A DNA stretch of 37,052 bases from assembly GCA_049889335.1 (NCBI GenBank), contig JBMHDP010000133.1, forward strand, positions 1 through 37,052, read 5' to 3'. Position 1 is the first letter of the stretch. Each line of letters begins with the position of its first letter. This DNA comes from Planctomycetota bacterium. GTDB lineage: Bacteria; Planctomycetota; UBA1135; UBA2386. Below are positions 1 through 11,097 of the stretch, piece by piece. A program made the position numbers and the translations under genes. The notes under the pieces were generated by a model that was not told where the DNA came from, made no database searches, and was given only the letters and a program-made list of their open reading frames with translations.

Positions 1-1
1 C

Positions 2-133
2 GTCGGGCCCGCCGCGGATCGCGACCCGCGGCGCGTCGCCGCGCTGCGCGAGCGCGCGCACGAGCGGTGCGGCGAGGAACGCCTCATGGCACGAGGCGAG
101 ACCGAGGAGGAGGCCTGGCAACGCTGCGACTAG
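2..133 (+). CDS. 3' end of a hypothetical protein running in from the window edge (partial)
   Basis: Frame 2 is open from the edge (VGPAADRDPRRVAALRERAHERCGEERLMARGETEEEAWQRCD*) to TAG 131-133, which interlocks (CTAG, 130-133) with the stop of the convergent gene. Confidence 0.45.
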   Translation, partial: VGPAADRDPRRVAALRERAHERCGEERLMARGETEEEAWQRCD

Positions 134-831
134 CCCGGACCCGGGCGCTGGTTGATCCGGACCGCCACGTGGCTGAGCAGGTCGTTGATGGCCTTCTCGA
201 TCCGGTTCACGTTGGCGACGTTGTCGACCACGACCGCCTTCTTTGAGGTCATCGGGTTGAAGATCAGGCGACCGCTGCGCAGCAGGGCGTACTCCGCGAC
301 GTCGTAGATCTCCTTGTTCATCTCGAGTCCTTCGGTCGACCAGCGCTGCACGTCGCCGAGGTAGCCGTGGTGGTGCAGGATCTCCCTCGCGTTGACCTCG
401 TAATAGTGGAAGCGGCTGTTGGCGAACACGATCAGCAGCAGCAGGCCGAGCCCGCCGCTCATGAAGCCGTAGAAGCCGCTGTTGCACTCGATGTGGATCC
501 GGCCCAACAGCTGGCCCATGTAGCCGGTCAGGTCCAGCCAGAACACGAGCACGATCAGCAGCGCGATCCCGAAGACCATCACGATCGACCAGATCCGCGA
601 GAAGTCGAAGGAGAACACCAGGATGTTGAGCAGGAACACCAGCATCCAGGCGTTGCCCAGCGTGTCGGGGGCGATCCCGATGTCGAGCCAGCTGAGCAGG
701 AAGAACACCGTCGACAGGACGAAGGTCGGGTAGAGGAACACGACCTTCGGCCAGGGCCGGATGATCACGCTCTCAGCGGGCCGCGGCGCTGCCTGCGCCG
801 TGGCGGGGGAGGGGGATTCGTTCTCGCTCAT
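130..831 (-). CDS. Hypothetical membrane protein: about 4 TM helices plus a soluble C-terminal domain, possibly bacterial PH-like
   Basis: ATG at 831 (MSENESP...). Hydrophobic runs VVFLYPTFVLSTVFFLLSWL, WMLVFLLNILVFSF, IVMVFGIALLIVLVFW, GLGLLLLIVF. C-terminus YEVNAREILHHHG...GRLIF...VANVNRIEKAI resembles bPH-type domains. Confidence 0.8.
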   Translation of the reverse strand: MSENESPSPATAQAAPRPAESVIIRPWPKVVFLYPTFVLSTVFFLLSWLDIGIAPDTLGNAWMLVFLLNILVFSFDFSRIWSIVMVFGIALLIVLVFWLDLTGYMGQLLGRIHIECNSGFYGFMSGGLGLLLLIVFANSRFHYYEVNAREILHHHGYLGDVQRWSTEGLEMNKEIYDVAEYALLRSGRLIFNPMTSKKAVVVDNVANVNRIEKAINDLLSHVAVRINQRPGPG

Positions 832-1097
832 GGACGTTCTCCGCGGAGGTCGGCGCCGAAGGGACCCGGGTCCTACGTCGTTGCGGGCCAAAGATTGTGA
901 AGGGTGCGGCCCCCTTCTGCCAGCACCTTGCGGTTCGGCGTGGCAGATCCGCTGGCTGCGCGGGGCGAGCCGAGAACTTCGTTCCGTTTTCGGGTCACAA
1001 CTCCCGGTGTGCGACGTTCCTCCATGCAGACACTTCGGGAAAAAGGCGGAAGAGTCTCCTTGGCGACGGCTGCGTCGCCTCGTTTACGTTTTTGGTG

Positions 1098-1682
1098 ATG
1101 CCTGGCGCCCCCATGACAGGCGCGGACGAAGACCGCCTAGAAGAGCTGCTCGACGAGCTGCGCGCGCTGAAGCACGGCGTGAGCGGTGGGAACATCGTCG
1201 CGCTCTTGCCCAAGCTCCGCAGCATCTCGCGGCGCTACCTGCCCGCGAAGAGCGCGCTGCGGGACGGCCTGGACTCCGAAGACCTGGCGCAGGAGGGCCT
1301 CGTCAAGCTGCTCGAGCACGTCGATTCGTTCCGGGGGAAGACGATGGCGGAGTTCCTGGCGTTCGCCAAGTCCGTGGTCGGCCGAGAGGCCGTCCGCCAC
1401 TCCCGCTGGCAGCGCGTCCGCCGCCGCGAGCTGGGGGCGAGCGCTCCGGCTGAACAGCACGCCCTCGAGGCGCGCAGCCCGAGCGTCGACGCGGTCCAGG
1501 AAGAGGACAAGCAGCGGCTCCGGAAGCTGGTCGAGACGCTCGGCGAGGACCAGCGCGAGGCGCTCGAGCTTCGGCTCGAAGGGCTCGACAACGGGGAGAT
1601 CGCCGCGCGCTTGGGCCTGCGAGAGGACCTCGTGCGCAAGCGTCTCTCGCGCGCGCTCAAGGAGCTGCAGCGCCGGTGGTGA
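1098..1682 (+). CDS. ECF RNA polymerase sigma-70 factor, planctomycete STK-associated type
   Basis: Sigma2 DSEDLAQE...SFRGKTMAEFLAF; sigma4 LGEDQREALELRLEGLDNGEIAARLGLREDLVRKRLSRAL. Start ATG 1098 (alternative 1113). Stop overlaps the kinase start (GTGA). Confidence 0.92.
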   Translation: MPGAPMTGADEDRLEELLDELRALKHGVSGGNIVALLPKLRSISRRYLPAKSALRDGLDSEDLAQEGLVKLLEHVDSFRGKTMAEFLAFAKSVVGREAVRHSRWQRVRRRELGASAPAEQHALEARSPSVDAVQEEDKQRLRKLVETLGEDQREALELRLEGLDNGEIAARLGLREDLVRKRLSRALKELQRRW

Positions 1683-4600
1683 GCGACGGCGGCTCCGAGC
1701 CGAGCTCCGCGCCCAGCTCCTCTGGCGGGGACGACGAGCTGCTCGAGCAGCTCGAGGATCGCATCGGCAGCGGCGAGGACCCCGTCGGCGCCCTGGCCGC
1801 GGTCCTCTCCGGGCGCGCGCGACGCCGCAGCGAGCTGTTCTCCTGGACCGGGCAGCTCGTGCTGGGCTACCGGCTCGAGCAGATCCTCGGCGCAGGAGGG
1901 ACCGGCGTGACCTACCGCGCGACGTGCGCGGAGCGGGGCCCGGTAGCCATCAAGCTGGTCGTGCTCTCGGGAGGATCCAGCGAGGAGCGCTTCCACCGTG
2001 AGTGCGCGCTGCTGGAGGGCTTCGCCCATGACGCGATCGTCTCCTACCGCGGACACGCGGTCGTCGAAGAGGGCGTCGGCGCGCTGGTGATGGAGCTCAT
2101 CGAAGGCGTCGACCTGGAGCAGGTCCTGGCCGAGCAGCTCGCGGGTCGCGCGGGGCACGCCGCGACGGCGGCGCTGTGCGAGGGCGTCGACGGATCACCG
2201 GATACGGTCCGGGGCTCATCGACCTACGTCGAGCGGGTGCTCCTGCTGCTGGCGTCCGTCGCGGACGGCCTCGCGGCCGTACACGAGACCGGCGTGGTGC
2301 ACCGGGACGTCAAACCCGCGAACATCCTGGTCGACGCCGAGCTGCAGCCGACGGTCATCGACTTCGGGTTCGCGCGCGAGTGGGATCCGACGGCTGACCT
2401 CACGATGTCGGGCGTCGCCATCGGGACGCTCGCCTACATGGCGCCTGAGCAGATCAACGGTCGCATGGGCACCATCGGCGCCCACACAGACACATACGCG
2501 CTGGGCCTCGTGCTCTTCCGCGCGCTGCTGGGACGCCTCCCGCACGCTCAGCTCGAGGAGCTCACCGCCGCGAGCCGGCGGCCGATCCGGTTGGCACCCG
2601 AAGAACGCGCGCGGCTGCCCGAGCCCGTGCAGGCGGTCCTCGAGCGCGCGCTGCAGCGGGATCCTCGGCGGCGCTACGGGTCGGCGGGCGCGTTCGCCGA
2701 GCACCTCCGGGACGCCGCGATGGGACGGGCGGTGCCGCGGGTCGGTTCCCGCTGGTGGAAACAGGCAGCGGGCGTGGCGCTGGCGGCGACGCTGCTGATG
2801 GTCGCGCTCGTCTGGGCTCCTTGGTCTCTGCCTGCGGTCGCGGTGACCTTCCGCGCGAACTGCCGCGGCGAGGACGCCGTCGTCGAGCTCGCGGGCGGGG
2901 CGCGGGTCTTCCTGGACGAGCCGATCCCGCTCGGTCCGGGGGTCTACGAGGCGCGGCTGGTCGGGGATCGCGTCTACCCGTCGGAGCGCACCTTCCGGAT
3001 CGAAGCGGCGCCCGGATCCGACGCCCGCCAGGTCGTGCTCGTCACGCAGTACCTGGATCTCTCCAGCCCCCCTCGTCAGTGCCGCGACGGCGAGGCGATC
3101 GTGCAGTTCATGAGCGGCCATTCGCTGACCCCGATCGCGCCGTACAAGGGGCGCGACGCGCGCTGGATCGACGGCGCGCCGGTCCTCGACCCGGGGCCGT
3201 TTCCGCCGGAATCGCTGGTGTCGGTCGGCGAGCACGTCTTCGAGGCCGCCGACGCGCTCGGGCGCCGCGAGTCGCAGCGCGTCGCGATCGGTCCGATGCC
3301 TCAGGACGTGCTGCTGTTGCCATCTGCGATGGAGGACGTCGACGGGGCGTTCCGCTGCACCTGGAGCTCGATCCTGTCGCCGCGCCCCGAAGCGGTCCAG
3401 ATGACCCACACCGGCAAGCGCTGGCTGGCGCCGGCGACCCCGTCACCCATCGGCGGTGCGGGGCTGATGGCGCTCCCCTGCGCGCTCACGACGGGGGACC
3501 CAGACGAGACGTGTGAGACCGTCGTGACGGTCTCGTTTCCGGCGCCGATGCGCTCGGCGGTCGTCGCCCTGCGCAGCCGCTGCGAAGAGGGCGCCGCGCT
3601 CGAGATCGAAGCGTCGCTGGGGGGAGCTGGGTGGGTCCCGTGGCCGCGCGATCCCTCGGGGCAGTTCTCCGCGCGCATGGCCCTGCGATCCGAGCAGGGC
3701 GCCGACGAATTGCGGGTGCGCGCGCGTATGTCGGCGGACCACGCGCCGACGGACAGCCGGGCGCAGGTGCGCGTCCTTCAAGGGGTGCTCTTCGGCGGAC
3801 ACTGGGTGGACGACCCGCCCTGCTTCGCCGTCGTCGCCGATCCAGGTGAGCGCGCCCGGCTCGCGACCGGGCCGGCACGGCCGTCGCTGCAAGAGGCGCC
3901 GCAGCTCGTCGAAGGGCCGCGGCGAGCGGTGCACCTCGAAGACGTGGGCGTTCAGCCTGGCGGGCTCAACGTCCGGACGCGCGCGGACGGGACGTCGCGG
4001 GTCCTGATGACCACCGCGGGGGACGGGAAAAAGAAGCTCGGGGTCCTCTCCGAGTGGACCTGGCCGGACCTGGAGCTCGTCCGGTCGAGCAACCTCGGCG
4101 CGGTCCTGGCGCCCGAGCTGGACCTGGAGAGCTTCGCGTTCCAGGCGGCGGGGCAGGTCGTGCCCCTCGACGACGATCACGACGACGGCGGCGATGACGC
4201 ACCTGGCGACGCGCTCGTCATGGCCCACGGCTTCCCGCGCGGCGGCTACCTGAACGCCGGGATCGTCGCGCGGGTCGACCTGGCGACGCAGCGGCAGCTC
4301 TGGCGCGCACCGCCAGAAGATCCGACCCTGCCGTTCGGAGACGAGGGCTTCGGCCACCAGTTCTATCTGCGCCGCCAGGTCCCCGTCGCGGGTCGAAGCG
4401 TCGAACGCGCGCTGCTCACCGTGGCGCACGGCTACCGGGCCCGGGGCGTGCGCGTCGGGAAGCTCTCGTGTCTGGACGTCGCGAGCGGGGCGCAGCTATG
4501 GGGCGTCGTCGGAGATCGGCGGGAGCCGGTCAGTCGACTCGACGGGTGGATCTGCACCGGCGACGACAGCTGGGCGGTCGTGGCCTCCGAGTACCGAACC

Positions 4601-5182
4601 GAGTCGACCGCGCCGCTCCTCGCCGGCAAGGTCTCGGCGTGGCGCCTCGACGGCTCGGGCGCGCGGGTGATCCTGCGCACGCACGACAGCCAGCTCCTCG
4701 CCGCCGTCGCGGCTGGCGCTGACGGGGAGGAGCGGGTCTTCACCTCGTGCGTTGAGGCAGGCGGCGTGATCTCGCTCCAGGAGCACGCGCTCCGCATTGG
4801 CGCTGCCGTGTTGCTCCGGGAGCAGCAGCTCCAGATGCCCGAACAGCTCGTCGAGACGGTGACCGGTCACGCCGGCTGGCTGCGCACGTGTCGTGACCTG
4901 GACCAAGACGGACTCGACGACCTCGTGTTCTTCTCGTCGGGCGAGGCGAGCAACGTCGAGGACGCGACCGGGCGCCGCTCCGGGGCGCAGGTCCAGGTCC
5001 TGGCGCTGATCTCGTCGGCGTCGCTGCTCCCCCTCGGATGGACGACGGTCGGGGCCGCGCTGTCGTTCCGCGATGTCCGCGTGCTCTCAGGGCCGGACGG
5101 ATCCCCCCAGCTGCTCTGCCTGATCACCGAACGCGCGCTGCCGAACACCCTGCTGTGGCTCGCGCGCTATCAGGTGCGGTGA
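1679..5182 (+). CDS. Hanks-type Ser/Thr protein kinase with TM helix and a large extracytoplasmic region (PEGA-like segments, FG-GAP/propeller-like C-terminus)
   Basis: LGAGGTG, VAIK, RE, HRDVKPAN, DFG, GTLAYMAPE motifs intact. TM AAGVALAATLLMVALVWAPW. DLDQDGLDDL Ca-type motif near the C-terminus. GTG 1679 overlaps the sigma TGA. Confidence 0.92.
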   Translation: MSDGGSEPSSAPSSSGGDDELLEQLEDRIGSGEDPVGALAAVLSGRARRRSELFSWTGQLVLGYRLEQILGAGGTGVTYRATCAERGPVAIKLVVLSGGSSEERFHRECALLEGFAHDAIVSYRGHAVVEEGVGALVMELIEGVDLEQVLAEQLAGRAGHAATAALCEGVDGSPDTVRGSSTYVERVLLLLASVADGLAAVHETGVVHRDVKPANILVDAELQPTVIDFGFAREWDPTADLTMSGVAIGTLAYMAPEQINGRMGTIGAHTDTYALGLVLFRALLGRLPHAQLEELTAASRRPIRLAPEERARLPEPVQAVLERALQRDPRRRYGSAGAFAEHLRDAAMGRAVPRVGSRWWKQAAGVALAATLLMVALVWAPWSLPAVAVTFRANCRGEDAVVELAGGARVFLDEPIPLGPGVYEARLVGDRVYPSERTFRIEAAPGSDARQVVLVTQYLDLSSPPRQCRDGEAIVQFMSGHSLTPIAPYKGRDARWIDGAPVLDPGPFPPESLVSVGEHVFEAADALGRRESQRVAIGPMPQDVLLLPSAMEDVDGAFRCTWSSILSPRPEAVQMTHTGKRWLAPATPSPIGGAGLMALPCALTTGDPDETCETVVTVSFPAPMRSAVVALRSRCEEGAALEIEASLGGAGWVPWPRDPSGQFSARMALRSEQGADELRVRARMSADHAPTDSRAQVRVLQGVLFGGHWVDDPPCFAVVADPGERARLATGPARPSLQEAPQLVEGPRRAVHLEDVGVQPGGLNVRTRADGTSRVLMTTAGDGKKKLGVLSEWTWPDLELVRSSNLGAVLAPELDLESFAFQAAGQVVPLDDDHDDGGDDAPGDALVMAHGFPRGGYLNAGIVARVDLATQRQLWRAPPEDPTLPFGDEGFGHQFYLRRQVPVAGRSVERALLTVAHGYRARGVRVGKLSCLDVASGAQLWGVVGDRREPVSRLDGWICTGDDSWAVVASEYRTESTAPLLAGKVSAWRLDGSGARVILRTHDSQLLAAVAAGADGEERVFTSCVEAGGVISLQEHALRIGAAVLLREQQLQMPEQLVETVTGHAGWLRTCRDLDQDGLDDLVFFSSGEASNVEDATGRRSGAQVQVLALISSASLLPLGWTTVGAALSFRDVRVLSGPDGSPQLLCLITERALPNTLLWLARYQVR

Positions 5183-5198
5183 CGGTGCCGGTCGGTGG

Positions 5199-6701
5199 TC
5201 AGCGCGTGTACTTGCCGGTGATCGCGAGGTTCTGCTGGGGGATCGAGAAGATCAGCGCGACCACCGCCGTCGGCTTGCGGCGCGAGTCGCCGCCGTAGCC
5301 CGCGTTGTCGCGGTTGGGCTGGTAGTAGAAGGTCCCGTCGTCGGAGCACCGTGACAACGTGAACCACCAGCTGTTCGCGTCCATCAGCTTGCGGAAGCTC
5401 ATCGGGTCCGCGTTGGCGGCCAACGCGGCCCACGCCATCCCCATGGTGGGGCTGCCGTGGGTGTCAGGGAAGCTGTCGGGGTGCTCCCCGATGATCCGCG
5501 CGTGTCGGAGCGCGCGCTCCTGGTAGTCGCCCTCCCACGGGCTCAGCCAGCAGGCGACCCCGGCCGCGCCCGTGCGGCCCATGTCGGCGTAGTCGTCGTG
5601 GCCGGCGACCGAGTCCCCGTACCAGACGTAGCCGTTGTTGCCCGTGCCGCGCTCGAGGAACGCAAAGGCAGCCTCGGCGCGCGCCCGGTCGACGTCGACC
5701 CCGCACCGCTTCATCAGCGCGAACGCCAACGCCCCCTGGCCGGTGATCATGGCGATGGGGCCGTAGCCTTCGAAGCCCGGGTTGTGACCCCAGCCGCCCT
5801 CCGCCTGACCCGGCTTGCGCGGCACCGCGCCGGGGTGCGACTCGTAGGACTTGGGGTGGATCTGTGCTCGGTCGACATATTGGCTGTGCAGCAAGAAGTC
5901 ATAGACCTCCTGCAGCTCCGGCAGGACCCACGCCGCCTTCGTCGCCAGGTAGTACTCGGCGAGGTAGATCCCGGCGGACACGTAGGTCCAGTTGATCAGG
6001 GAGCCGTGGCCCTTGGGCGTCGTGGCCTGCGCGTGGAACCTGGCCGCGCGTTCGCAGGCCTTCTTGTACTTCGACGCGCCGCTGCTGAGCATGGCGAGCG
6101 GCGCGAACAGGTTGTCCGGCGGGCTGCCGAACGCGCCGTCGTCCTGCTGCTGGTCGAGCAGCCAGTCGAGCATGTCCTCGAGCAGGGCCGCGCTCTTCTC
6201 GCACTCGTAGGGGTAGGTCGCGGCGTAGGCCCCGTGCTCCGCGGGCAGCCTCAGGCCTACCTCGCGTTTGTCCCCGTCACGCTGCAGCGTGAGCGAGAGC
6301 CGCCCCTCTTGCTGGCCCTTGGTCGCGAGCGCCTTCTGCAGCGCCTGCGCGAAGTCGTAGATCGGACCGTAGGGGCCGAAGACCTTCATGCCGTAGCCGT
6401 TGCGGTGCTGCTCGAAGAAGCCCAAGCCGCCCGCTCCGACGATGTGGTCGCCGACGCGGACCTCGCCGTCGGCGGGGGAGCCGTCGAAGACGTGCCGCAC
6501 GACCAGGTGGGTCGGCGCGTCCGCGACCAGCTCGACGCGGATCCCGGTCACGCCCAGGTTGTAGAACCAACCGTCCACGACCTGGTCCGGCCCGCTGGAC
6601 GCGCGCTGGCGCCACGGACGCCCGTCGTCGTAGTAGTGGACCTGAGCCGCGGCGAAGGTGCTGCACAGGGCCAGCGAGAGGGCGGACACGAGCGGGCGCA
6701 T
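5199..6701 (-). CDS. Secreted PDZ + alpha/alpha-toroid protein (DUF6288-like)
   Basis: Signal peptide ending AAA-Q. NLGVTG...VVRHVFDGSPADGEVRVGDHIVG is PDZ-like. QQQDDGAF and GGWGH are prenyltransferase-like repeats. Family name from recall. Confidence 0.72.
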   Translation of the reverse strand: MRPLVSALSLALCSTFAAAQVHYYDDGRPWRQRASSGPDQVVDGWFYNLGVTGIRVELVADAPTHLVVRHVFDGSPADGEVRVGDHIVGAGGLGFFEQHRNGYGMKVFGPYGPIYDFAQALQKALATKGQQEGRLSLTLQRDGDKREVGLRLPAEHGAYAATYPYECEKSAALLEDMLDWLLDQQQDDGAFGSPPDNLFAPLAMLSSGASKYKKACERAARFHAQATTPKGHGSLINWTYVSAGIYLAEYYLATKAAWVLPELQEVYDFLLHSQYVDRAQIHPKSYESHPGAVPRKPGQAEGGWGHNPGFEGYGPIAMITGQGALAFALMKRCGVDVDRARAEAAFAFLERGTGNNGYVWYGDSVAGHDDYADMGRTGAAGVACWLSPWEGDYQERALRHARIIGEHPDSFPDTHGSPTMGMAWAALAANADPMSFRKLMDANSWWFTLSRCSDDGTFYYQPNRDNAGYGGDSRRKPTAVVALIFSIPQQNLAITGKYTR

Positions 6702-6753
6702 CGACGCATCCTAACCCGTGCTCCGCGCGAGGGTCAGCCGCGGCGACGCCCGC

Positions 6754-9630
<2,877 letters not shown>

Positions 9631-9707
9631 GTGCGTTGACGGCGGCTCTGCAGTGGGCCGCGGGCGCAGGAGGATAGGACCGAGCGTCGCTCCCGGGAAG
9701 GGGGGAT

Positions 9708-9750
9708 CCGGCGCACAGTCACGCCAGCGCTTTCGGACTGCGCGCGCCGG
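9708..9750. promoter_or_regulatory. Imperfect inverted repeat in the divergent gcvP / redoxin promoter region
   Basis: CCGGCGCACAGTC (9708-9720) ... GACTGCGCGCGCCGG (9736-9750), immediately upstream of TATATT (9753-9758). Confidence 0.4.
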
Positions 9751-9765
9751 TCTATATTGTCCGCG

Positions 9766-11085
9766 ATGGGTGACGCGCAGAGGTGTTCGGGCAGGCTCAC
9801 CGCCATGGTCCTCGCAGGCATCGCGATGGCGGTCGCGAGCTGCCGCCCCGAGGGCGCTAGCGGCGCGGTCGCGGCCGCGCCCGCGGCGGACACCGGCAGC
9901 GGGGCAGACTTCGAGGTCGACGTGATGGAGCTGATTCAGGCCAACTGGCCGCGGGAGGCCGTGGCGCGCTGTCGCGCCGCGATCCAGCAGCGCCCCGACG
10001 CGCCGATGCCGCACGCGCTGATGGCGCTCGCGACCCAATGGGAGCCCAACCGGGCCGCGCGGTGCTGCTGGCAGGCGGTCCGTCGCCGCGAGCGGGGCAC
10101 GGCGCTCGAGCAGGAGGTCGTGGACGCGCTGCAGGAGTACTTCGGGGTCCAGGACCAGCCGGAGCTCGTCGACGAGCGGTTCCGCGACGCGCCGCAACCG
10201 TCGCGCGCGGGCCAGCTGGCCCGTCGGCTGGAAGAGGTCGCGACGAATGACGAGCTGCAGCGGAGCGGCCGCGACCGCGCGCTGACGGCTGGCTTGCTCG
10301 CGTGGGCGACGAGCCGGTCGGGACCCCAGCGGCCCGCGCCGGACGTCTCCGTCGAAGAGCTCCAGGGCTTGCTGCGTTACTTCAACGGCTACCTGCAGCG
10401 CACCGGCGCCATGCCGTTCGAGATCTCCGGCTACCAGCGCTGCGTCCAGGTGCTGCTCGCCAAGCAGCAGGACCCCGCCGCGCGCGCACACCACGGGGAC
10501 CTGCCCAGCTTGGACGACGACCCGCGGTTCGCGCGCGTGCCGCGGCACCCGGAGTTCGACTGGGGAGGGCTCGCGCGGCGCCTGCCGGGTTCGGCCGAGG
10601 TCGGGCCCCTGCAGTGGCAGCCCGAGCAGGCCAGCGGCTTCGAGCTGCCGTCGGGTATCGGCGGGACGCGGGCGTTCGCGCCCGGCGAAGGCAAGCCGAC
10701 GCTGGTGGTGTTCTTCTTGGGCTTCGGCTGCGCGCACTGCGTCGCCCAGCTCAAGGACCTCGACCCCAAGGCCGCCGCGTTCCGCGCCGCGGGCATCGAG
10801 GTGCTCTCCATCGGGACCGACAGCTACCAGGAAGTGCTCGCAGCGCAGCAGGCCGCGATCGAGAACGGCGTCGACCCGCTGCACTTCGACGTGCTGTGCG
10901 ATCCCGAGGGCGAGGTCTTCCGGCAGTGGCGGGTCTGGGACGAGCTCGAGGGCGAGGCGCTCCACGGCACGTTCCTGGTCGACGGCGAGGGCCGCGTGCT
11001 CTGGCGCGACATCAGCGAGCGTCCGTTCGAGGAGTCGGACTGGCTGCTGGCGGAGTGTCGACGCTTGCTCGCGGCGTGGCAGTAG
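9766..11085 (+). CDS. Putative lipoprotein: helical TPR-like N-region plus AhpC/TSA (redoxin) domain
   Basis: Lipobox-like VASC after a hydrophobic stretch. [17 protein letters not shown] (CxxC), [28 protein letters not shown] give a thioredoxin fold. ATG 9766 is preferred over TTG 9757. Confidence 0.85.
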   Translation: MGDAQRCSGRLTAMVLAGIAMAVASCRPEGASGAVAAAPAADTGSGADFEVDVMELIQANWPREAVARCRAAIQQRPDAPMPHALMALATQWEPNRAARCCWQAVRRRERGTALEQEVVDALQEYFGVQDQPELVDERFRDAPQPSRAGQLARRLEEVATNDELQRSGRDRALTAGLLAWATSRSGPQRPAPDVSVEELQGLLRYFNGYLQRTGAMPFEISGYQRCVQVLLAKQQDPAARAHHGDLPSLDDDPRFARVPRHPEFDWGGLARRLPGSAEVGPLQWQPEQASGFELPSGIGGTRAFAPGEGKPTLVVFFLGFGCAHCVAQLKDLDPKAAAFRAAGIEVLSIGTDSYQEVLAAQQAAIENGVDPLHFDVLCDPEGEVFRQWRVWDELEGEALHGTFLVDGEGRVLWRDISERPFEESDWLLAECRRLLAAWQ

Positions 11086-11097
11086 CCTCGCTGCGCG

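Noticed and set aside
897-1097. Upstream ORF extensions of the ECF (also CLC 29490-29804 and YVTN 12187-12444)
   Set aside because: No family-like sequence, and the CLC and YVTN extensions overlap neighbouring genes; downstream starts fit promoter or coupling signals better.
9631-9765. Glycine riboswitch upstream of gcvP
   Set aside because: No recognisable GGAGA...CCGAAG...CTCTCAGG aptamer pattern, and the region is short.
10720-10745. Selenocysteine or recoding in the redoxin active site
   Set aside because: Both Cys codons are TGC and there is no in-frame TGA.
9631-10965. 445-aa in-frame N-terminal extension of gcvP (1403-aa ORF)
   Set aside because: It is the antisense shadow of the redoxin gene; GcvP similarity begins at ATG 9630.
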